A stretch of DNA of 64,000 nucleotides from Azolla caroliniana (taxonomy: Eukaryota > Plantae > Polypodiophyta): contig JBHGNT010000001.1 of the NCBI GenBank assembly GCA_043228905.1, forward strand, positions 28,024,001 to 28,088,000. Reading direction: 5' to 3'. The notes under the pieces were generated by a model. The model worked only from the letters and a program-made list of their open reading frames with translations. It did no database searches and was not told where the DNA came from. Shown here one piece after another: positions 22,601 through 36,601 of this stretch (position 1 is the first letter of the stretch; each line of letters opens with the position of its first letter). The position numbers were made by a program, and so were the translations under genes.

Positions 22601-25600
22601 TATGAGCATTCACTGCTTCAATGGCTGGATATTAGATGCATTGGCTCCACTAGCATTTGGTGGGTACCTTTGCAACTCCCTTGACTGTACTTAAGTAGGA
22701 TCTTTAGGTGAGTTTCACCTAAAAGTGAAGGCTTATCCCCAACACTACTATCTGTAAGTTTGCAGATCTCACCATAAAACGCTTCTTTGTGAAAAAGACT
22801 AACTAGAAGACATCCCATATAATATTCAAGTTTAATCAAGAAAATGTTACACTTACGGAAGATGAAAGCCATAGTGTAAATGGGCTCGATAAACAAAAGA
22901 GTTCTGAAAGGAAATAAAGAAGCATGCACTAAGTGAAAAATTTGAAGTGAGGAAATGGGCAATATGGATCATGCAGATGACATGTATGTCAACTCCTGGG
23001 CCATGTGTAGTGCATATGTACGCTTGGCAGGAGATTTGTCCAAACTTCATTTATGCATCCAGATTTTAGGAATTATATTCTTGCATGAATGCCTCTCTTA
23101 AATATTGCTACTTGCCTGATGCTGAGTACCATTTGCTCTAGGCAGTGCAGTCTATAGCAGCTGGACTCTATTGTCCTATATAGGCAGGGGATGAGTTTCC
23201 CACAACTCTGATAAATTGTACAAAAGATCACGATTAATGGTGCTGAGAGAAATTAACTTTTGTCAAATTTTTTCATTGTTATAGCGACTTAAAAGGATTA
23301 TTTCTGCAGATAAAGTTGGCTATGATCTAATGCATAACGCTTTGGATAAACTAATGGGATGATGGAGATTTTGGCTATGCTAAATTGCTGTTTCAAAATG
23401 TTCCATATAAAACATGTTTTGTAAACTGTTTAAAAGGCATGCTTTTGTTAGCCTTCTCATCAATTCATGGATAGGGTCTGATCTTATCTTTTAATGGTTT
23501 CATAGCAGAATTAACATTATGGCTGCTCACATATGTGCAGAAATTAGCATTTTAATGTCGACTCAGATACCCTTTGTGTTTCCTGGATCATTCTTCTTTC
23601 TGTAGTTTTCTGATTTTTATTCAAATATATTAAGAGTTCCAGGGGTGTGAAGCATTTGGGCGAATCTGAGCATTGTTTCTTCATCTTATTCTCATCTCTC
23701 GTATTACTTTTTGGGTGAGAGAGAGAGTTTCAGTTCAATTCATTAATGATGGTGTAATTGTGGTTCTTGGTACCCCTCACATTGCAAAGGTGGCTTCACC
23801 TAGTGACTTGGCAGGACAGTCATGCACAACTCAGTGATGGATTAAATTGTCATTTCCTGATTTAGTTTGTGGGTTATTCTATTTCTAATATTAAAGAGGG
23901 GCTCTTACATGTGAGAAGAGAATAATTGGGTGCCACATTCTTTAACCGTGTTTATGAGAAAAATATGACCATAAAGTGCTTTAAATTTCTAATCTTCTTC
24001 CTCTACTTGTATTTAGTAGTAAACTTCTATTATTCTATTTGATGTAGGTGCATCAGGATAAGGAAACTGGTGATTTTGATGCTTTGACGAAAGGTAATTT
24101 ATTCACAAATGGGATACGTTTTTATTATGATTATACCCCTTATATTCAATAAAAAGGGAATGACTGGGATTCCTTACGCTAGCTTCTCTATAGATATGGT
24201 TATATTGGATGAATTCTACATTTAGATCAAGGAATGTTTGAATAGATATAAATGATGTTTGTTATATTTTGAAAATATAATATACACTTACTCATGGTTA
24301 AGATGATTATGTATATGATGGCAAGTTTTGCTAGAGGTTGACAGAGATGAAAAGAAAATGTCCAGCTGACTGATAAGGTCATACACAAGGGTTGGTATAA
24401 AGCCATTCAGTGGTCTATGTGAGCCCCTGAATATTAGAATCTGAAACTGTAAAAATGGAGAAGAGTAGCATATACTAGAAAACATTGCTCTGCTGCCATC
24501 CTTGCTGGAAACAATAGGCTGTTTCTAGTGGGTGAAATGTTAGATATAATCAATGATCAGCCCCAAGTTGTAAATCTATCCCCATATGTGCTCTTAGAGT
24601 GCACATTTTGTGATAGCGCCCCAAATGAGGAGCGGCTAGTGTGCAACTCGACCATATGGGTCAATAAGGTGTTAATCTAGGAAACCGTAGATGCGTAGGA
24701 CACAATATATTTAGGAAAGAGAGAAATAGATAAAAGGATTGGCTAATCAAGTCAGCTAGAATATTTTGTGGGCAAGTTACGATGTACTTAGTCTTGAAGT
24801 ATGCGTCATTGACTTCAAGATAAGTATTATCTAGCACTAGCCTGTACCTAGGGAGTTGGGTCATATTAAATGACAAGTCAGTTGACAGAAAAGGAATATC
24901 TCCACTACTGTCAACTGACTTGCACATTTATACTAAGACCAAACATAGATTATAAGTGACTTTTCTCACACAGTGGTCAGATTGATCATTAGTCCCCACT
25001 AATTTTGTAGTGAGCCGGTCCATATCCTATCTAAGCTCTAAGGTGTGAGCGCATGGGAAAACTACCATTTTGAACTACTCTCATATGTAATAGAAATTCT
25101 GTTTTCATATATCCATCTCCGCAGTTGTAACTCTATATACCTATCTACTCGATTCTCAATATTTCTAATATGGTATCAGAGCGAAGAGGTTGATCTAGAT
25201 TAGGTATATACGGGTAGTTGCTGTCTAGCAACAGAGAGAAATAGAGAGAGAGAGAGAGAGAGAGAGAGTATCAATGGCCTTGTCCACGAATGTTGCAGCT
25301 GCTCCATTGCGCATTCGCCCACCTCCATTGTCTGATGGAAAGCTAGATGGAACCAACTACACTCTATGGAAGTTCAAAATGTCTGCCATTTTGGATTCCT
25401 ACGAGTTGTTGGAAACAATCATGGGACCCACAGGGGGAGACCCTGAGCCCATGGCAACCTTTGACCCTGCACACCCTACCACATCAATTCCTCCAAATGC
25501 TGATCTACTTCGAGCCTGGAAGAGAAGGAATGCTGATGCGCTATGTACCATAGTCACCGGTGTATGTGACTCCGTACTAACACTAGTGCAACATACAACT

Positions 25601-28600
25601 AGGGCACATGAAGCTTGGAGCATATTGGCCAGCCAGTATGAGACCAGAAACTATACAAGGATACAAAACCTCGAAAATCAGCTTGCTGCAGAGAAGCTCG
25701 CTGATGGAGAGAAAGTAGAATCCTTTGTAAAAAGGATTAAGGATCTTCAAGATCAGCTGGCGGCTGTTGGAGTAGTCGTCTCTCAAGAGGATATGGCTCG
25801 TCGGTGCATTCGAGTACTTCCTTTCAAGTATGATGGCATTGTGACAGCATTGAACACTCAGGTTCGACCCACTCCTTTAAAATTTGATGAACTAAGTGCA
25901 ATGCTGCTTGAAGAGGAGCTTCGGCTGAAGACAAGAGAAGAAAGGGAAGATTCAGCATTTGTCTCTAGGACTAAGGGTGAAGGGGCATCCAATTCAAACA
26001 ATGCGAATAGGATACCGAAGAAGAAGAAGTTCAATGGATCGTGTTTCTACTGTGACAAGAAGGGTCACACAATCAAGGATTGTCGAAAGAAGATGGCGGA
26101 TGAGAAGAATGGTTCTAATAAGACTTCTTGGAGAGAGCCCGAGTCCGCTAACAATGTCGTAGATGAACTTGAGTTATGGGTCGCAACTGAAGAAGTGTGT
26201 TCTTCAGTTGACACTCAAGTTGTTGATGAGTCTTGGATTCTCGATAGTGGAGCATCCCGACATATGACCAGTAATCGTGACTGGTACAGTTCTTGGACAC
26301 CTCTACAAGAGCCCATCAATGTTGTGGTCGGGAACAATGCTCGATGTCCGGCCAAAGGAACCGGAACCGTCTCCCTCAAAGCAACGACCGGTGGGACAAA
26401 GCATCTCTCTCAAGTGTTGTACGTGCCAGATCTGAAGAAGAATCTACTGTCCATTTCTGCACTGACTGACAAGGGTCTTGATGTTCGATTCAAGAAGTCG
26501 GGTGCAGAAATAACAGATTCTGCTGGCAAGGTTGTAGGAATAGGGGTGAGGCGCAACAATCTCTATGAGCTGAGCGCGTTTACCATTTCTACTGACCACA
26601 GCACAAGTACCAACACAAAGCAATGGCATGAGAGATTTGGGCATCTCAACGTTGCTGTGTTGAAGGAGATGAAGAAGTCGAATATGGTAGTTGGGTTGCC
26701 AACCCTATCTGACTTAAGTCATGTTTGTGATGCTTGTATGATGGGCAAGCATCAAAGATCAGCCATTCCAAAAGAGAGTCAAAATCGGGCAAAGACTCCT
26801 CTACAGCTAATACACATTGACCTCTCCGGAAAAATGGTGACTCCTGCAATGGGTGGATCTCTCTACTATATGCTAATAGTCGACGACTTTAGCAGAAAGA
26901 TGTGGGTTTACTTCCTTCGGGAGAAGGCTGAAGCTTTTAAAATCTTCAAAAGATGGCATAAGTTTGTCGAGCGAGAGTCTGGAAAGTTAGTGAAGGAGCT
27001 ACGCTCTGATCGAGGTGGAGAATTCTTATCAATAGAATTCTGTGAGTATTGCAAAGAGCATGGAATTAAGCGCCAACTTACAACTGCCTACACCCCACAA
27101 CAAAATGGCGTTGTCGAACGTCGAAATCGAACAGTTGTCGAGATGGCTAGGTGTATGTTGAAGGCACAAGCGCTGCCCGACCCATTCTGGGCTGAAGCAG
27201 TGAACACAGCAGTTTACATCCTCAATCAGAGCTACACGAAGGCACTTCAAGGGAAAACACCCCAAGAAGCTTATTCAGGCAAGAAACCTTCAGTGCTGCA
27301 CTTCAGAACCTTTGGGTGTATGTGCTACGCACATATTCCAGATGTGAGCAGAAAGAAGTTGGATGCTAAAAGCAAAAAGTGTATCGTTCTCGGATATAGT
27401 GAAGAGTCAAAGGCCTATCGACTCTACGATCCAGAGGCAAGAAAGATATTGACAAGCCGCGATGTGGTGTTCGATGAGGAACAACCACAGCTAGCTGAGA
27501 ACAACGATTCTCAAGTTATCTCATCAACTGAAGAAGTATTTTACCCAATCCCGACCCATTATCCAAAAAAGGAAGCTGAACCATCTGATGGTAATGGTTC
27601 ACTAGTTCAGCCTATGCCAGTCCCACATGTAAAGAAAATACCTAAGTGGGCTCAACAACTCTTCAATGATCATACTCCTAAAGTTGAGTTTCCTGAAACT
27701 TCAACTGATGGATTACGAAGATCAAGAAGAATACAGGAGCAAGGAAGAACCTCTGACCACATTGTCAACATGGCTCTGATGGTGGACATCATAGGCTCAG
27801 TGAGTGAGCCGACCTCGGTGGAGGAAGCTATGGCCGACCCGAAGTGGAAAGAGGCGATGATATCAGAATATGATAGCATCATGAAAAATGACACATGGGA
27901 GTTGGTAGAGAGGCCAACAAAGAAGAAGGTGATAGGCACGAAGTGGGTATGGAAAGTAAAGTATAAAGCTGATGGCTCTTTGGAGAAATTCAAGGCCAGG
28001 CTAGTAGCGCAAGGATACTCCCAAATTGAAGGGTTCGATGTACAAGAAACATTTGCCCCGACAGCTCGCATGACAACAATTCGAATGGTCATAGCGTTGG
28101 CTGCTTCAAGAGGATGGCCGATTTATCAAATGGATGTCAAATCAGCATTTCTGAATGGGCATCTCAAGGAGGAGGTATATGTGACACAACCACCGGGGTT
28201 TGAGATACCGAATTCAGAAAACAAAGTTTGCAAGCTGAAGAAGGCACTATATGGTCTAAAGCAAGCACCAAGAGCTTGGAACAAGAGGATAGACAGCTTC
28301 TTACGATCAATCGACTTTAAGCAATGTGCTTCGGATGCAAGTATGTATGTCAAAATGAAGGACGGGAAACAAGTCATCATTATCATTTACGTGGATGATC
28401 TAGTACTTACTGGTGACCATGAAGAGTGCATTGGCCAAACACAAGAGTGTTTGAAAACTGAGTTTGAAATGACAGACTTGGGGATTCTACACTACTTCCT
28501 TGGAATTGAGGTTTGGCAAACCTCGGTCGGCATCTTCATGTCACAAAGAAAGTATGCAACAGAGATCTTGAAGACCTTCGGGATGATGGACAGCAAGTCG

Positions 28601-31600
28601 AAGTCGACTCCAATGGAGTCAAACTGCAAGCTATCCCAAGAAGACTCATCACCAATGGTTGACATAAGGAAGTATAGACAACTAGTAGGAAGTCTAATTT
28701 TCCTATGCAACACTAGGCCGGATATTTGTTTTGCAGTCAATGTGGTGAGTCGATTCAGCAACAAGCCGAAGGAGACTCATTGGAAAGCTGCTCTACGTGT
28801 GTATTAAAGTACATTGTGGGTACTTTAAATTATGGAATCTTCTACAAGCCAACAATTGACCAACTTAGTGGATATTGCGACTCCGATTGGGCTGGAGATA
28901 GTGATTCCAGAAAATCAGTTTCTGGATATTGTTTTTCAATAGGATCTGGAGCTGTTTCATGGAGTAGTAAAAAACAACCAACCGTGGCACTATCTTCAAC
29001 GGAGGCAGAATACAAAGCAGCATGCATAGCGGCATGCGAGGTAGTTTGGCTAAGAAGAATCCTTATGGATGTGGCAGTCCCAATAAGGACGGCAACGGTA
29101 TTGAGGTGTGACAATCAGAGTTGCATGGCCATTGCCAAGAACCCCGTATTTCATGCACGTACTAAACACATAGAGATTCAGTATCACTATGTGCGGGAGC
29201 TAATAAATGATGAGATTGTGGAGCTTGAGTACTGTCCAACATCAGAAAATGTTGCAGATATCTTCACAAAGGCGCTTGGAGCAGAACAGTTGCAACAACA
29301 CCTTCGACGACTAGGTGTTGGCCCAATTCCAAGTGAACTCAATGGGTTGATCATTGAGGGGGCGTGTTAGATATAATCAATGATCAGCCCCAAGTTGTAA
29401 ATCTATCCCCATATGTGCTCTTAGAGTGCACATTTTGTGATAGCGCCCCAAATGAGGAGCGGCTAGTGTGCAACTCGACCATATGGGTCGATAAGGTGTT
29501 AATCTAGGAAACCGTAGATGCGTAGGACACAATATATTTAGGAAAGAGAGAAATAGATAAAAGGATTGGCTAATCAAGTCAGCTAGAATATTTTGTGGGC
29601 AAGTTACGATGTACTTAGTCTTGAAGTATGCGTCATTGACTTCAAGATAAGTATTATCTAGCACTAGCCTGTACCTAGGGAGTTGGGTCATATTAAATGA
29701 CAAGTCAGTTGACAGAAAAGGAATATCTCCACTACTGTCAACTGACTTGCACATTTATACTAAGACCAAACATAGATTATAAGTGACTTTTCTCACACAG
29801 TGGTCAGATTGATCATTAGTCCCCACTAATTTTGTAGTGAGCCGGTCCATATCCTATCTAAGCTCTAAGGTGTGAGCGCATGGGAAAACTACCATTTTGA
29901 ACTACTCTCATATGTAATAGAAATTCTGTTTTCATATATCCATCTCCGCAGTTGTAACTCTATATACCTATCTACTCGATTCTCAATATTTCTAATATGA
30001 AACACTCACTGAATCAGTAACCTGCTCAAATATTTGTTTTTCTCACTCTTTCTTGCACAATCAAGTGTAACAATCTGACAGTCTTCTGTGAGTAATAAAT
30101 AGCTCCTTCAAAAATGTGGTGCGTGCAAAATTGAATCTTTTGAACCTTTACAATGAATAGGTAGTAGACGTTGATGACAATTGAATGAAATTGATAGCCT
30201 TTGTTATGTTTTTCCAAACACTGCTGATGGTGAACATGTTTCTGTTTTACAGGGGATAATAATCAGTTGGATGATCTATCTCTTTATGCAGACGGACAGA
30301 TGTGGCTAAATCAGAGACATATAATGGGCCGTGCCTCTGGGTAATGTATTCTTTCTCAAGTATCGAATGAAAATCTGGCCTTACAATGTGATTGAAGTAA
30401 CAAAATCCATTATTCTTATTAGCCATTGTCAGAAAGGAATAATGACTTGTTATGAATGACAATACAATGTAAACAATCACTTCCAGAAAATACAATCTAA
30501 ACACAAACACTTCCGGAAATCTAAAATTTCGTTAATTAAAAGGGACTTTTATATATAACAGTGGTGCACACATACAAAAGATCATAGCATAATAAAATAA
30601 GAAAGGAAGAGGTGTTTTGAGCGATTAGCTGAGAAATCTGCACATTGGATGCCCAGGCTAGTTCCAATCTTATATGTAGGAGGCTTTCATTGCAAAAACG
30701 ATTGTGATGATCAGCAACTGACCACATTCCAAAAAGGACAAAACATATACATAAGGGCAAACTGCCACTTTATCATTGTCATATAGGTGCAAAACCAGGA
30801 AACTGAAAGCAAAAACCCTTAATATATTTGAATGAATAAAGGGAAATCCAAAATTGAAACCTATTATCTGAGGACTTAACTAGCGCTCCTTCAAATTGAA
30901 TCTGAGAGTCCAGAAGTCATCTGTCAATTCACATGAACACTATCAACAAGAGGTGTTCTCTTTGTTCTTTTTAACGACATTACTTAATAATAATTTTATT
31001 TTTTCTGCTTGCTCTCCTCGGAACTCTTCAAATCGGACTAGATGACATTGCATGTACAGTAAAACAGCTGGGGACCATTGTTCCTTAGACTAGAAGAGTC
31101 ATGACCAGGCAGGTGTTGGGATCGGCATGGGGTCAGTCCAGTTATGATTGGGCTCAAAGGTGTGTTATACAACGCATAAAGTAACTGAAAAGTTTAGAGT
31201 GGGCTAAGATATTTGAATACGTCATACGTAGCAGAATGTTGAAGACACTTTAGGTTATTCTAATCAAACTCTTTTTGTTTTAAACTTGGAAATTTCAGCA
31301 TTAGAGCTTGCAGAGTGTCATTTTTGAGAGCTAAAATGTGCAAGTATCATAGCTGATTTGCAATTTTTTATACTATGCTCAGTGCGGTGTATCTTGGAAG
31401 CGCTATATACAGTTTTTAGTACTTCCTATTCTTCAAGGGTTTGGGCTAAACTTGTCACTTCTATTAATCATCAATAAACAAATACCAAAACGAGTGCCAA
31501 ACTTTGTGGCCAACAGAGTGCCATAGTCCTTGGTGAGGAGAATCTAGCTTCTTGGATGGGAAATAAGTTTTTGGTGTGTCCAGAAATCTTTAAATTTTAA

Positions 31601-32371
31601 GATTTTTCCTTTCCGTTTATATAAAAGTGTTTACCTGTTGATGAAAATGACCTAAATTGGTGGTTCAATTGGGATTTGATCACCCTTTGAAGATCATAGG
31701 CTAGTTTCAAAATGCAAACTTCAACTGTGCTCACTTTCTTGAAGAATAAGCTTGGAGTATAAGTTGTGATGTGATTCTTTTAGCATAAGGGTTGGTCAAA
31801 ACCATTAAAATTATAGAACCATGCAAAGCTTCTTGTCAGTGACATATCTGACCAGCCAAGCCATTGAATGTGGTTTGGGCATCGTAATTTTAATCTTGTG
31901 TTACCATGGGATAATGTAAGAAAAGGAATTCGTAAACCAATTTAGGATACACAGTGTCCTTAGATAAGTGGCACTGTGTACTGATTCCAAACTCAAAATG
32001 TGAATTCTTGTAGCAGATTCTAGCCCATGGCCATAAGGTAAATGCATGTATAAAGGCTATATCTTTTTACTTGTGCGTTAGCTTTTAATAACTTGTCAAG
32101 CTAAATTGATATTAAATCATTTAAATGCAAATGAAATATAAGCTAACTGTTTTACCCTAATTTCTATTCCAGTTTCCTTCCATATGCTGGTTGGATGACA
32201 ATCTTCATGACTGAGAAGCCTTTCATAAAGGTATCATTCTACATTAGTTTTTATCAGCTTAATATTTGTATAGAAAATTTCATGGGTAGTTTTACTTCAC
32301 TTATTTATGTTTTTTGACTGATGCAGTATATCCTTATAGCTGCACTGGGGCTTTTGGTCATGATGACATAA
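19687..32371 (+). CDS. SEC11: Signal peptidase complex catalytic subunit SEC11 (about 183 aa). Exons 19687-19780, 21298-21410, 21494-21565, 21648-21683, 24048-24093, 30253-30340, 32173-32230, 32327-32371
   Basis: All introns GT-AG and phases compatible (552 nt); motifs [49 protein letters not shown]. Confidence 0.95.
24538..29997 (+). mobile_element. Young full-length Ty1/copia element E in SEC11 intron 5, sense orientation
   Basis: 633-bp LTRs 24538-25170 and 29365-29997 with one mismatch seen (24663/29490); TSD TGAAA; Met-i PBS 25171-25182; PPT GAGGGGGCG before 29365. Confidence 0.97.
25274..29370 (+). CDS. gag-pol polyprotein of copia E, one frameshift near 28800
   Basis: 1177-aa ORF with [20 protein letters not shown], integrase and YVDD RT; RNase H continues in another frame (to 29370) after an extra GT. 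Confidence 0.93.
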
Positions 32372-34338
32372 GAATTAATGAGGGTTTACATTACCTTTTA
32401 GAAGATCGGGCAAAAAAAGTCTTGTTTTGCCTTTCCCAACTGTTTGACCAGCTAATCAACTTTTTGTTTTGCGGTATGCGCGTTTATTGATTAATTAAAC
32501 TTGTATGTTGTTTCAGATATTGGAAGCGTACCCTGAGAAGAGCGATTCCATTTTATTTCTAATCTTATTACATAATTATTCGTGAGAAATAGACACTTTC
32601 TTTTAAAATTATTCTGGATTGGATGATAAAAGACAAAATTTTCCCTTTTATTTCAACTCACCATTTCAATTCAGAGTGCATATTCTCATGTGATATTTAT
32701 TTATTGTACAGTTTTGTGTCCAAAAGTTTGATTAAACTACGCGGATGGTTCCATTCTCATGTTTCTACATCTACTAAACTACAATAAAATATGCATACAC
32801 ACGCGTGTGTGTATAATTTCTTTCTCGTGAAAAGGTTTTGTTTTACTATACAACATGTCATGGAATGCTACGATCTCTTGAGGTTCAAACTTGGCTTTGC
32901 ATGTCAAATATATATTTAGGTTTCTTACCTGCAGTGTTTTCTAGCAACCCACCTCGTATTTTGACAACAATGGTAAATATGCCCTATTCACTAGGGGTCA
33001 CTTGAATGGATTCTTATATTGTACCCAATCTCTAAACACAAGGGATGATCCAAAAGGATTCTTATAATTTTCATACGTAGCAAATCATTTGAGACACTCC
33101 AAATAATAATGGGCATAATTAGAGGGGGAATTGTCATTGCTAGCACATCAAATATTTACATGTATACTAGTCGTTAATTTTGCAAAATCTATGCTCCTTT
33201 GTTTCTAATTCTTCAACAAGCTTTGGGAATGCTCTTTTGGATTGTTGTAGTAATTGTCAACAACTTAACACATAAACATTCCACATCACATGTACACTAG
33301 TTGTAATTAATTTTACAAAATCAATGTTTGTTTGTTTCTAGTTCTTTAACAAGTTTTGTTAATGTTATTTTTGGTTCCGCTTAAATTCCAATAGGCCATT
33401 GTTAGAATCATAAACCAATGTGTAATTAACATTTTGGCTATGATGGTTTAATCTAGGGGGTTTTTTATTGTAATTTTGGTAATCCTTCTCACCATAAGGC
33501 CATTAGGCATTGAAATAAATTTAGTACTCTACCCCACATTCTTTATCAAGTGTGGCTTCATTTCAATTTAGGTAGCTCTTCCTCACCATAGAGTAACTCT
33601 CATGCATAGAAAATGTTGAACACTCTACCTTGTATGTACCCTTTATCATTGGTTCCAATTTATTTCGTGTTTTTCCTTTAATACCTTGTTCTTCTCCCTT
33701 TCTTTCCCAATAATGTTTATTGCCTCTCTTATTTGTCTTCCCTAAGTTACTAAACTCCTTGTCTCTCCTATTCAAGTGTATCTCTTACAATGTCTCTTTT
33801 GAGGGCATTGTATTTGTGATACCAAGTGTTTGACTTACCACACAAACTTTTATATGTTATCATTTCTACATTAATTGGGTTGGCATTGATTCCCACCTTT
33901 TTCATTATGTTGGTAAGTGTACAATTGCATTGATGGTTGGGTTGTTGTGGACCTGACATTGATCTAAACATTTATATCAAAGCAAATGTTTCTATATTGC
34001 TAACATTGTATTATCAATTTCATATGGTAGATAATGCAATAACACCACTTGCGCAAACTTCCTCAACTCTAAATTTAGCTGGATACAGAAAGATAGGTCA
34101 TTGACATCTTACCAATGAATGTTAGGTTGGAAGCTAAAATATGATATCAAGTAGTAAAGGAAGGGCATAGGACGTTATAGCATTAAAATTTCTACATGTA
34201 TTTGAGTACTTTGAGATCAAGTGTGACTCATTTAGATTTCTACATGTCACATCCATTGTGTCCAACAATTTATCTCTTTGGGGTTGAAAGGATATCATTT
34301 AGCTATTTATTTGCAAATGTGACTCATAAACAAGGGTA

Positions 34339-34617
34339 TGTTGTGAAGGCTTGATTTGAAAAACAATGCTAGAGGAACAACATGCATAAGGAGAGAGACA
34401 AATAAATAATTAATACAATATTTCTTAGCATTAGATATTGCACAAATATTATCACGTTACAAACATGACCTCCCTACCCTTCTTTATAGATTGAGATGAG
34501 GCTCCATGTCTTTTGTGTAGTCTTCACACATTTCCAACATTGGATTTCACATTATCCCATGTTGTGTCATGCAACACACACACACACACACACACACATT
34601 TGACCAACAACCCCTCA
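34339..34617 (-). mobile_element. Decayed LTR-like remnant with PPT-like motif and (CA)n
   Basis: TGTTG...CCAACA followed by ACCCCTCA (TGAGGGGT on minus); no partner LTR found. Confidence 0.3.
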
Positions 34618-36429
34618 ATACCAACATGGTGGGACAATAGAACAAATGGGTTAGATTGCTTGTGGTGCAAGTTATCTCATTGCATGAACTAGTTGTAAAC
34701 CAAATTTATTAAATTACCATCCTCGTTTTGGCAAAAAAAATCTGGAAGTATGTCTCCTTTTACTTTTTTAAATGTGTGCATTAAGCTAGTCTACCATGGT
34801 GCAAACAAGTAGCTTAAGTGGGCTCCAATTTCTGAAAAAACGTTTACCCTTCCTCAAAATCATTACCTAAAAGATTGGTATTCGTTATTTTATTAAATGA
34901 ATCTTTATTTTACTCATTTCTTTCGCATCTTCCTTTGTGATGAATCATGATATAGTTCTGTCCATTTTTGTTCCAAGGTTCTTCTTGGCTTTTCCTCCAT
35001 AAGTTGTCGTCTTGTGTTGTATTTCGTCACTCATTCTTTATTGCAACAATTATTGCTGGTTTGAGTGTTATTCCATGCCCACTACTAAAATTGTGGTTTA
35101 ATTTGACATGTTCAAACCCATAGGGTTTCTTATCACACCTAATATGAAGGGCATTATTTAAACAAGACCCAAATTGTGGCATTTAATGTAGAAATGGGGG
35201 TATACTCTAGAATCTTACTTTTACAAGTAAAATGAGACCTATGAAATTTAGAAAAGTTATTGAGGCCAAGACTAGAGACCAATGAGAAGATGATGAAGTT
35301 AAAAGTACTCCTAGTAAACCTTTGCTATTTGTATGCACATAAAGAAGTCTTCTAATATGTACTAGAGTTCCCTCCTCCCTTCTCTCAAGAAATTATCGAC
35401 ACGGGCAACACCAATGCCTCTTTATGGGTTGATGTACGAGGCAATAGCATCTTGGATTTCCAAGTGAAAATGTACACAATCTTACCTTTTGAAGTTTCAT
35501 GAAATCAAGATATAGATGTCAAATTTTACTACGTGACAATATTTGAGAATGGAACAAATAATGATTCTTTAGGTTTGTGTAGGATTTGCATAAATTATAA
35601 TCATTTTTAAATTCAGTAAGAAACTTTGTGAATCTTTAATCTTTAATTTATAGAAAGATACTCTTTTCACATTGAGCTTTTGCAAGTAATGTCGTATTTG
35701 TTTCTCAAATCCTATCAACCATTGTGGGAGGTGTTAGAATACATGAAGTGGTGGCATAAGATAATAGTGTTAATAATTTTGTTTCTAGGAACAACATATG
35801 ACCGATAACAAGTACACATAAGCATTGACACTAATGATTTATCCCTTATTCCCTTAGACTTGCTCGTCATCAATTTACCCTCCTTACACAAGTGTGCTCC
35901 TCACTATAGACCTCATTCTTATGGATGAGTAGATTCTACATGGATGATCTAACCATTTGTACGATGTTATCCAAAACTATTATATAGACCAACCAATTTA
36001 GTTGGCACATTTGCAAGATCAATGAAGAGTTTCAATGTTTCCTTTAATACTTGTGCACAAAGTCAAGTGGACACATAATTAACTACATCTTTCTTGAGGA
36101 CTATCTATATTTATTGCTTTTTGGAACTACATAATTTCTTGACTTGCTTCCACAAACAATGCTTCAATTTCACACTTGTTTGACAATATAGATCACTAGA
36201 ATATCCTAAATGACTAATGTTTTTGGTAGTTTGTACTGTGATGAGAAAATAACAAGAGAGATTGCACAAATTATTGACTAAATCTGAACTAAAATACCTT
36301 TAATAACATGAATGAGACTTAAGTCTTAAACTGTGATGAATAACATATATGTAGGTCTAGGCAATCTTTTTTCTAGACTAATTGTTGAATGAATGCAGTG
36401 ATACAAGATTCTATATAGTGAACAAATTA

Positions 36430-36508
36430 TTGTCAAATTGGATTTGAACCCACATCCTTTTGGATTTGAGGGTAACTACAATGCCTTTGCTCACTTAGCC
36501 AAATTGTT
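36430..36508 (-). pseudogene. Decayed tRNA-Leu-like sequence (pseudo-tRNA or SINE head)
   Basis: Minus strand AACAATTTGGCTAAGTGAGCAAAGGC...TCCAAAAGGATGTGGGTTCAAATCC: A box, long variable-arm-like segment and B box resembling plant tRNA-Leu. Confidence 0.5.
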
Positions 36509-36601
36509 AAAGCAATCAAACAATCAACCAAACATGTTTAGCTTAGACCCTACCACATCTCTCCTAGTGTACTCAACATCCAAAGTGATAACTACCTATA
36601 A

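Noticed and set aside
24661-29754. Duplicate minus-strand ORFs 24661-24927 and 29377-29754
   Set aside because: Chance antisense frames inside the two LTRs of copia E.
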